A stretch of DNA of 32,000 nucleotides from Thermococcus kodakarensis KOD1. GTDB taxonomy: Archaea > Methanobacteriota_B > Thermococci > Thermococcales > Thermococcaceae. Positions 18,524-25,336 of the stretch are shown one piece after another. Position 1 is the first letter of the stretch. Every line of letters begins with the position of its first letter. A program made the position numbers and the translations under genes. The notes beneath the pieces are model-generated. The model ran no database searches and was not told where the DNA came from. It saw only the letters and a list, made by a program, of their open reading frames with translations. The stretch spans positions 120,001-152,000 of the forward strand of contig NC_006624.1 in NCBI RefSeq assembly GCF_000009965.1, given 5' to 3'.

Positions 18524-18937
18524 TTATCCGGGTGGCCAGTAGTGGGGTATTCTTGCGTAGACCCTGGCTTTCTTTCCTGTGTCTGGATCGATATATTCAA
18601 CCAAAGCGTAGGCCCATTTCCAATCCGGGTCTATTTCAGTCACCTTAGCCCTTCCTGTCAGTTGTACTCCCTGTGCCACTGCGACAAGATTTGGTGATTT
18701 TGGGTTTTGATCCGGAATTATGCGAACGAATCTCGAGTGGCAGATGAGGACCTTGGCGTGAGCACCGGCCCAAACGAGAACTTCTGAACTCCAGCTCTTC
18801 TCATCGACGTCGTGATCCCAGACCTCTTTGCATGACGATGTCGACGCAGCCGAGGGCACAGGCAGTCCCCACGCCGATACTAAACCAAGGAGTAGTCCCC
18901 CAACCAGGAGGACCCCCAGCACTTTCCTAAGTTTCAT
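18524..18937 (-). CDS. small secreted protein (137 aa), unknown function
   Basis: ATG 18937 lies 6 nt after GGTGAT (track uses GTG 18946). Signal peptide MKLRKVLGVLLVGGLLLGLVSAWG. Two Cys residues. Confidence 0.62.
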   Translation of the reverse strand: MKLRKVLGVLLVGGLLLGLVSAWGLPVPSAASTSSCKEVWDHDVDEKSWSSEVLVWAGAHAKVLICHSRFVRIIPDQNPKSPNLVAVAQGVQLTGRAKVTEIDPDWKWAYALVEYIDPDTGKKARVYARIPHYWPPG

Positions 18938-18980
18938 AGGTATCACCTGCGTATAGGCAATTTTAACTATTTATTTTTGA

Positions 18981-18989
18981 TATATAAAA
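18981..18989 (-). promoter_or_regulatory. BRE/TATA (minus strand AAAATTTTATATATC) for the six-gene envelope operon
   Basis: Consensus-like archaeal TATA about 48 nt upstream of ATG 18937. The implied 5' UTR is ~20 nt and contains the GGTGAT RBS. Confidence 0.5.
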
Positions 18990-19326
18990 TTTTCTAGCAA
19001 ACAAAATAACTTGCCTTCAATTTGAATAATTAAGAACATATGTGGACATTATTGTGCTATAAATAATAGTATGAGTAGTTAAAAAACTGTTCCTCTGGCC
19101 TTCCCCTTGCCGTGAATGATGAGACTATCAAAGAAAGGGTATTGGGTCTGGAGTGGGTGGTGTTCTAGAAAATCGTATCCTCTTAAGTACACACCCGCTT
19201 GGATATTATCGTTTCAGGAACACTCAGATTTGAAAGAACGCCTGGTTTCGAGTTCAATGTGCTTATCTATGGGCATCGATTTGGTACCACAAATTGATAT
19301 GGGGCATTTATTGAAAATAGAAATTC

Positions 19327-19334
19327 TTAAATAT
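19327..19334 (+). promoter_or_regulatory. TATA-like box (TTAAATAT) for the radical SAM gene
   Basis: About 38 nt upstream of ATG 19368. GAGGTGAT RBS at 19358-19365. Confidence 0.4.
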
Positions 19335-19367
19335 GCAATTTTTTCTTCATACCTATGAGGTGATGAA

Positions 19368-20975
19368 ATGGCTAGAATAGTCCTGACGACCGATGAGACT
19401 CTGACGAGCACGTACCACGACGTGCCCCTGCTAGACTTTCTCGGCTGTGCGCCCTACGACAAGCTCCCGAAGTGGGTTTTCAGGTTTTTTGACACCCAGC
19501 TACCTGATGAGAACGGCGTCCTGACTCAAGCGCCCTACGGCCTCAGGAAGGTCGAGGCAGCCCTTCTCAGGGATGGCTTTAGGAGGGATGAGGTCGTCGT
19601 CGCTCACCCTCGCAAGATTGAGAATTTCATAGGGAATGACACCACCATCGTTGCCCTCTACGAGATGGACCCACTCGGCCTGGGGCCGGTCAGCATGATG
19701 TTCACGAACGGCGGCAAGTGGACGAACTACACCAAGGTCAAGTTCCTTGAGCTGGTGGAGAGGATAAACCGCATAAGGGAAGGCAAAAAGCTGGACTTCA
19801 AACTTGTCGTCGGCGGGCCGGGGGCCTGGCAGGTTGACTTCAGAAAAGAGGAGCGGGAGAGGCTGAAGATAGACCACGTGGTAATCGGTGAAGTAGATCA
19901 CGTTGCGGGGGAGCTCTTCAGGGAGATCGAGAGCGGGAGCGCCGACGAGACTATCTTTATCAAGGGCTGGCCGCGGGTGGAGCATATCCCGACGATAGTG
20001 GCGCCCTCTTACAAAGGCCTCGTCGAGGTGATGAGGGGCTGCGGAAGGGGCTGCCGCTTCTGCGAGCCGAACCTGAGGGTAGCCCGCTACATGCCGCTGG
20101 AGAGGATAGAGGAGGAAATAAGGCTCAACGTCAGCGCTGGAATCGACCACGCCTGGCTCCACAGCGAGGACGTGTTCCTATACCGCGTCGAGGATAAGAA
20201 GAACTTCTACCCGAACGCCGAGGCCGTTGTTGAACTGTTTGAAATAGCCAGAAGATACACGAAGAACGTGAACCCGACCCACGGGGCCGTTGCTGGCGCT
20301 CTGGCCGTTCCTGGAATGATAGAGGAAATTTCCCGCATCGTTGATGCAGGCCCAGCTCACTGGATAGGCATTCAGGTCGGCTTTGAGACGGCTTCGCCGA
20401 GGCTCATCGGGAAGTACATGAACAACAAGATGAAGCCGTTCTCACCTGAAGAGTGGCCCTGGGTTCTCCTCAACGGGACGTACGTCCTCAACAAGAACTA
20501 CTGGTTCCCCGCATACACAACGATTCTGGGATTGCCCGGCGACACTGATGATGACGAGATAATGACTGCCCAGCTGATAATCACGATGGAGAGGGAGCTT
20601 GAGGAAAAGCTCGGCAACAGGGCGCACTTCACCGTGACTCCGCTGGCGTTCGTTCCGATGGGCCTGCTCAAGAACCAGGAGTTCTACCAGATCGACGAGA
20701 TGATAACCTACGGCCAGTTCCTCCACCTCTACTACGCTTGGAAGCACATGATGAGGGAGGTAACTAGGGGCCTGCCCGAGGTTATGAAAAACAACCCGTT
20801 CCTGATACCGTTCTACCCGCTGGCGAGGCTTGGAACTAGGATCGTCATAAGGCAGATAGAGAAGTGGGGCAGGAGCAGAGGTTATGAGGTAAAACCTCTT
20901 GAGCCGCTCGATATTCGGATTGAGGTAGAAGAACACCGCTGGTATTCTCAGCCGAGCCTTGTGGAAGCTTACTGA
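19368..20975 (+). CDS. radical SAM protein with N-terminal B12-binding-like (Rossmann-type) domain
   Basis: CX3CX2C cluster motif in VMRGCGRGCRFCEPN at about residue 225. ~200-aa N-terminal domain typical of class-B-like radical SAM enzymes. Strong RBS. Confidence 0.86.
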   Translation: MARIVLTTDETLTSTYHDVPLLDFLGCAPYDKLPKWVFRFFDTQLPDENGVLTQAPYGLRKVEAALLRDGFRRDEVVVAHPRKIENFIGNDTTIVALYEMDPLGLGPVSMMFTNGGKWTNYTKVKFLELVERINRIREGKKLDFKLVVGGPGAWQVDFRKEERERLKIDHVVIGEVDHVAGELFREIESGSADETIFIKGWPRVEHIPTIVAPSYKGLVEVMRGCGRGCRFCEPNLRVARYMPLERIEEEIRLNVSAGIDHAWLHSEDVFLYRVEDKKNFYPNAEAVVELFEIARRYTKNVNPTHGAVAGALAVPGMIEEISRIVDAGPAHWIGIQVGFETASPRLIGKYMNNKMKPFSPEEWPWVLLNGTYVLNKNYWFPAYTTILGLPGDTDDDEIMTAQLIITMERELEEKLGNRAHFTVTPLAFVPMGLLKNQEFYQIDEMITYGQFLHLYYAWKHMMREVTRGLPEVMKNNPFLIPFYPLARLGTRIVIRQIEKWGRSRGYEVKPLEPLDIRIEVEEHRWYSQPSLVEAY

Positions 20976-20987
20976 TTCTGGAAGCTC

Positions 20988-21012
20988 ATTTTCTTTCATA
21001 TTTTACTATTTG
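20988..21012 (+). terminator. oligo-T tracts downstream of the radical SAM gene
   Basis: CATTTTCTTTCATATTTTACTATTTG follows the stop codon. Confidence 0.4.
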
Positions 21013-21018
21013 TCAAAC

Positions 21019-21036
21019 TTTCGGAAATTTCCGAAA
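21019..21036. promoter_or_regulatory. perfect 18-bp palindrome TTTCGGAAATTTCCGAAA overlapping the BRE position; candidate operator
   Basis: The sequence equals its own reverse complement. It ends 2 nt before TATA TTTTATAA (21038-21045), which lies ~39 nt upstream of ATG 21081. Confidence 0.55.
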
Positions 21037-21080
21037 ATTTTATAAGATCCGAGTGCCAATGCACACATGGAGATGATACC

Positions 21081-21314
21081 ATGGAGGCGTTCCTCCTGCT
21101 CGTGACCGATGCCCGGAACGACGACTGTGTCTTGGAGCGTGTTCTTGGCCTTCCGCAGGTCTTTGAAGTTCACCGTCTCTACGGGTACTACGATATCCTA
21201 GCTAGGGTCAGCGTGGAGGACCCCGAGGAACTTTCAGAGATTCAGAGAGAACTTTTAAACACAGGAAGGGTTCTCCTTATAGAGACATTAATCTGTGCGG
21301 AGGGAGCGAGTTGA
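21081..21314 (+). CDS. stand-alone Lrp/AsnC-type ligand-binding (RAM) domain protein, 77 aa, no HTH
   Basis: Pattern AFLLLV...LGLPQVFEVHRLYGYYDILARVSVEDPEELSEIQRELL..GRVLLIETLI matches the RAM/AsnC_trans_reg fold. Confidence 0.72.
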   Translation: MEAFLLLVTDARNDDCVLERVLGLPQVFEVHRLYGYYDILARVSVEDPEELSEIQRELLNTGRVLLIETLICAEGAS

Positions 21315-21859
21315 GCGTTGAAAATGCTAAGAGGATAATGATGGAGCATTTTGCGAGTACGGCGAGAAAGTTCGGCCTCAGCGAGCTCTACGGTTACATC
21401 TACGGCGTGCTCTTTTTTGAGGATGAGCCCATGAGCCTTGGAGAGATAGCCGAGAGAACTGGCTACTCGCTCTCCCACGCCAGCAGTGCCCTCAAGTTCC
21501 TTGAGAACCTGGGACTCGTCGTGAGGATAAAGAAGCCAGGCGATAGGAAGGCATATTACAAAGCCGTGAAGAACATCCAGGAGTGGCGCAGGGCGGCGTA
21601 CTACAAGAGAATCCTCGAGGACGTTAAAGAAACCCGCGAGAGTCTTCTGAGGGCACTTGAGGAGCTGGAAGGAGAGGAAAGTGGGGAAGCCGAAAGGGTT
21701 AGAGAGAGGATAGAACTCCTCCTCAAGAAGAATCTCGTGGCGGAGAAGATAGCGGAAATACTCTCGAAGGGCGATGAGAAAGTTCTTCGGGTCATCATAG
21801 ATTGCATTGAAAAGAGGTCGAAAAGAACTTCAGACGACGGCTCTGGTGCTGCGCTTTAG
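21311..21859 (+). CDS. GbsR/MarR-type winged-helix transcriptional regulator
   Basis: ELYGYIYGVLFFEDEPMSLGEIAERTGYSLSHASSALKFLENLGLVVRIKKPGDRKAYYKA is GbsR-like. TTG 21311 follows GGAGGGAG and forms a TTGA overlap with the upstream stop. Alternative ATG starts at 21338 and 21341. Confidence 0.72.
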   Translation: MSVENAKRIMMEHFASTARKFGLSELYGYIYGVLFFEDEPMSLGEIAERTGYSLSHASSALKFLENLGLVVRIKKPGDRKAYYKAVKNIQEWRRAAYYKRILEDVKETRESLLRALEELEGEESGEAERVRERIELLLKKNLVAEKIAEILSKGDEKVLRVIIDCIEKRSKRTSDDGSGAAL

Positions 21860-22701
21860 GCCTTTATCTCCTCATACTTCTTCTTCATAAGGAGGGCGTC
21901 TTCCTCTATGTTCGGGCTCTCGCTTATGACGACGCCTTTAACCCTGAACTCCTTCAGGACTCTGAGCAGGTCTTCCCAGTTCATGTCGCTCTCCTGGAGA
22001 GGCAGGTGTCTCTTTTCACCTTTGTCAGTGTACTCGATGCCGCTCATGTGGATGTGCATGTTGTCCAAAGCCTCTCTGCCGAGTCTGTCTTCGATGAAGG
22101 ACAGCATCTCGCGCCACTCTTCAACGCTGTTGCACTTTCCCCTGTTCCTTGCGTGGGCGTGGGCGAAGTCTATCGTCGGAAGAACCATCTCAAGCTCCTC
22201 GCTGAGCTTCACTATCTCCTTCAGGTCGCCGAACTGGGTGGGCTTTCCAGTTAGCTCTGGCCTTATCCAGACTTTCACGCCTTTGTCCATCAGCTCCTTC
22301 TGGATGTCCTTGAGTGCTTCGAGGATTCTCTGATAGACGCTCTCTGGCGGCTGTTTGAGGTAGTAGCCAGCATGGAATACGACGCTCCAGCCACCCGCCT
22401 CGTAGAGCCTCTCGGCGCTCTGGATTATCCTCTTCTTGCTCGCCTCGACCTTCGCCTTTTCCTTAGCGTTGAGGTTGATGTAGTATGGGGCGTGAGCGGT
22501 TAGAAGAACGTCGTTCTTTTTTGCCACGTACTTGATTTTCTTTGCCAGCTCTGGGGAAATGTTGACACCCCTCACGAACTCAAGCTCCATAGCATCTAAT
22601 CCGAGATTTCTGACGTGCTCGATGCCAGTAATCGTTGAAGGCTTCGGCGTTGACAGGGGTATCCCAGCCGTTCCAAAGCGAAGCCTGTCCACCTTGAACA
22701 T
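21856..22701 (-). CDS. nfo: endonuclease IV (AP endonuclease family 2, TIM barrel)
   Basis: FGTAGIP, HAPYYINL, VFHAGYY, DFAHAHAR and HIHMSG metal-ligand motifs. ATG 22701 (track uses GTG 22710). Confidence 0.87.
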   Translation of the reverse strand: MFKVDRLRFGTAGIPLSTPKPSTITGIEHVRNLGLDAMELEFVRGVNISPELAKKIKYVAKKNDVLLTAHAPYYINLNAKEKAKVEASKKRIIQSAERLYEAGGWSVVFHAGYYLKQPPESVYQRILEALKDIQKELMDKGVKVWIRPELTGKPTQFGDLKEIVKLSEELEMVLPTIDFAHAHARNRGKCNSVEEWREMLSFIEDRLGREALDNMHIHMSGIEYTDKGEKRHLPLQESDMNWEDLLRVLKEFRVKGVVISESPNIEEDALLMKKKYEEIKA

Positions 22702-22734
22702 ACTCACCACCGGTATGAATTAGGCCTTCCTAAT

Positions 22735-23796
22735 TTAAATGTTGCCCCATTCAATCTCTTCCCCAAGGGCCTTTTCAAGCAATTTAACTTCCTGCTGAAT
22801 CTCCTCTTCAAGGCGGGCCTTCAGTTTTTCGAGCTTTTTCTTCTCGCTCTCAAGCTCGGCAGTCCTACGCTCCAGGAAGCTTATCTCGTCTTCAAGATGC
22901 CCCGCGCGTGAAAGTTCTTTTTCCATGGCACTTCTAAGTTCATGAATTTTTCTGTCCAGTTCTTTAATCTCACTGACAGTGCTTTCGAGGTTCTCACTCA
23001 GCCATTCAACCGATTTGCGGGCCTTTCCTTCAAACCTTGGCTTGAGCGTTTGGAGGAGCGAGACCACTTCCCCCGGCTTTTCGAGTGCCACACCACTGTC
23101 CCTGGCAAGCTGATCGGCAAGACCACCCATGCGGAGCCTCTTTAAGGTTTTCTGGATTTTCGAAACATTTGACCTAACTTCCATCTCGAGCTTTTTCTTC
23201 TTGGTGATAAGGTTTTCAAGTTGCCCTTCAATGCTCTTGACTTCTGGTTTCTGGCGCTCTTGTTCGATTTCCTTTCTTTTCAGCGATATTTCTTCTAGAA
23301 GAGACTCTATCTCGGAATTGATGAAACTGAGCTTTTCCTTCACGGTTTTAAGCTCTTCTATCTTTTCTTCAACTTCAAGCTTGGGGAGTGATATCCTCTG
23401 GGTCTCTTGGAGGTATTCCCTGTACCCTTCGTCCATCTCCTTGAGAATCGAGTTTATTGCCAGAACTTCCTTTTCAAAAAGTATTATGACGTGCTTTCCG
23501 TAATCAATATGGACTTTTCCCAGTTCGGGAAGGCGCTTTCCGAGGTCTTCAATGTCCTGGATGCCCTCAAGGGCGCGTTTAAAAGCCGAAACGTAGGCGC
23601 GCCTGTCGGCTTCGACGATCTTAAGGAGAGTCTCGTCAACGTTTTTAGGGGGCTTAACCTTCTCAAGTTTTTCAACGGCCCTTTTCAGTTCCTTCTTTTT
23701 CTTGGAGAGCCATTTTTGGTAGTTCTTTCTTATTTTCAGGGCTTCTTTCTGCGACTCTTCAAGCCTTAGCTGATACTTTCTGAGTGCGTCTTCCAT
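22735..23796 (-). CDS. long coiled-coil protein (353 aa), unknown function
   Basis: Heptad-rich E/K/L sequence throughout, interrupted by a central non-coil segment. ATG 23796 (track uses TTG 23802) lies 38 nt inside the upstream gene. Confidence 0.68.
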   Translation of the reverse strand: MEDALRKYQLRLEESQKEALKIRKNYQKWLSKKKKELKRAVEKLEKVKPPKNVDETLLKIVEADRRAYVSAFKRALEGIQDIEDLGKRLPELGKVHIDYGKHVIILFEKEVLAINSILKEMDEGYREYLQETQRISLPKLEVEEKIEELKTVKEKLSFINSEIESLLEEISLKRKEIEQERQKPEVKSIEGQLENLITKKKKLEMEVRSNVSKIQKTLKRLRMGGLADQLARDSGVALEKPGEVVSLLQTLKPRFEGKARKSVEWLSENLESTVSEIKELDRKIHELRSAMEKELSRAGHLEDEISFLERRTAELESEKKKLEKLKARLEEEIQQEVKLLEKALGEEIEWGNI

Positions 23797-24934
23797 TCTC
23801 AACGTTCATCCATCCCTTAACTTTTCCGCGGAGGTACGCCCCCGCTAAAACTGCCAGCCCAACGTCCAGAATGCCTAGTAAGAGCTTCTGGAAAACCTCA
23901 ATGTCGGAAACAGTGAATATCGATAGGGCATATCTCGTAGTGAGATCGAGGGTCACCCAGAGGGCAGGTGTCATGAGGAGCGCCGAGATATAGTACCATA
24001 TGTGATAGTCGCGCCTCAAGTAGGCGTGAAGGACTTTTCCGGCTATCATTACGGCAATTCCAATGGTTATTGTCCCGGATATTGCGTTCAGGTATATCAG
24101 CGTTGCCAGAAGCGACGTTCCGGGGTAGCTCCCTATAAGCTGCAGGGAATAGCTTTCCAGGTTCAGGTAGGCGTTTATTGCGCCGCTGACGATTATTAGA
24201 ATTCCGGCCACAAAGGACAGGACAACTACGAACTGCTCAACAACCGCGCGCCTAAAAGCTGCTAAAGCTCCCCCAATATCCAGGTTGAACCCTTTCGTAA
24301 AGAACAGACCGCCGATTATCAGAAGGACAGTACCGGAAATTACCGTTGACACTATCTTCTCACTCTGCGGATACCATACACCCACTATCTTGGACAGACC
24401 GTAGAGCAGAACGATAAGGCCGGGAATACCGAAGACGACCTTCGCAACTTCCGGGTCGCTCAGTATCTCCTTCATGTACTTCACTATAATGTACCATGTC
24501 GTTTCAATGCCCGGGCTTTGCTTGACCACAACGCGGTGGGAGGTTATGATAGGGACTTTTGAAGCTATTATGGGAAAAATCTGCTCGTCCTCCGCCCCAT
24601 CGGTTACCGGGATCACACCATCGGCCGGAAAAACTTTCAAAACTTCATCGAGCTGTCTGGCGAGCTCCATGTCACTCTTCAGCCCGACCTTTGGATGGCC
24701 CGTGATCAGGGCAACTTCGACATCGTCAAACTCGCCCTTCTCCTTCAGCTTGTCGTAGAGCTTTATAGCAGCGTAGAGAACGTTTGCATCGCTGTCCTCG
24801 GGATCGGCCAGACTAAGCTTTACAGCCGCATCTAGGCAAGCGGCTCTCCCGATAACCGGCCCCTTAACTCCGGCTTTTTTCCCAAAATCGTCGTCCCTAT
24901 CTATGGCCAGGATTAGCACCCTGATATCAACCAC
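23759..24934 (-). CDS. DUF373-like archaeal membrane protein (cytoplasmic N-terminal domain plus ~7 TM)
   Basis: N-terminal VLILAIDRDDDFGKKAGVKGPVIGR..LADPEDSDANVLYAAI resembles what I recall of DUF373. Multiple TM helices after about residue 165. GTG start overlaps the upstream stop by 8 nt. Confidence 0.7.
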   Translation of the reverse strand: MVDIRVLILAIDRDDDFGKKAGVKGPVIGRAACLDAAVKLSLADPEDSDANVLYAAIKLYDKLKEKGEFDDVEVALITGHPKVGLKSDMELARQLDEVLKVFPADGVIPVTDGAEDEQIFPIIASKVPIITSHRVVVKQSPGIETTWYIIVKYMKEILSDPEVAKVVFGIPGLIVLLYGLSKIVGVWYPQSEKIVSTVISGTVLLIIGGLFFTKGFNLDIGGALAAFRRAVVEQFVVVLSFVAGILIIVSGAINAYLNLESYSLQLIGSYPGTSLLATLIYLNAISGTITIGIAVMIAGKVLHAYLRRDYHIWYYISALLMTPALWVTLDLTTRYALSIFTVSDIEVFQKLLLGILDVGLAVLAGAYLRGKVKGWMNVENGRRTQKVSAKA

Positions 24935-25238
24935 CCCTGACCTTCTCCATGACTGATTTTACCTTGTCCTCCATGTGACGCTCTTTGTCTCTCCTGTCGT
25001 CAATCCGCACGGTTGTTGAAACCCGCTCAGCTCCAAGCTTAAACATGAGTTCGTGCGCCTCCGCGACTATTTTGAGGACGTCTTCGACGGTTGGAGCTTC
25101 GATAATGGTGGCCATCGGCGTCAGTTGGTATTTAACACCCTTTCTATCTAAAAGCTTTACTACTTCGGCGACGTACCTGCTGAGGCTTTTCTCGCCCAGG
25201 GGGACGATGACGAACTCCGCTATGACCATTTTCGGCAC
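24927..25238 (-). CDS. MTH1187/YkoF-family (UPF0045) thiamine-binding-like protein
   Basis: 103 aa. Pattern AEFVIVPLGEKSLSRYVAEVVKLLDRKGVKYQLTPMATIIEA is typical of the family. Confidence 0.8.
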   Translation of the reverse strand: MPKMVIAEFVIVPLGEKSLSRYVAEVVKLLDRKGVKYQLTPMATIIEAPTVEDVLKIVAEAHELMFKLGAERVSTTVRIDDRRDKERHMEDKVKSVMEKVRGG

Positions 25239-25336
25239 CCGTCTTAAATTCCTTCGGCGATGTTTTAAACTTTGTGCCCTGGCTAAAGCACATGTTATAA
25301 ACTTTGGAGTTCAATTAAGGATGGAGGTGATGGGAG

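Noticed and set aside
19116-19122. C-box-like AUGAUGA that suggested a C/D box sRNA in the long spacer.
   Set aside because: No D' or D box (CUGA) lies at the required ~12-nt and ~50-60-nt spacings on either strand, and there is no terminal stem. AUGAUAA-like motifs at about 1170, 1310 and 1406 also lack the second GA.
19155-19196. Hairpin GGGTGGTGT ... ACACACCC in the long spacer.
   Set aside because: The stem is imperfect (one bulge) and the loop is ~25 nt. That is too weak to call a structured element without covariation data.
19116-19358. 80-aa plus-strand ORF and 65-aa minus-strand ORF (19214..19411) in the AT-rich spacer, considered as real genes.
   Set aside because: The W/C/S-rich composition is unlike the rest of the proteome and there is no RBS. 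The minus-strand ORF runs into the radical SAM start. I kept the region only as a possible transcript in the findings.
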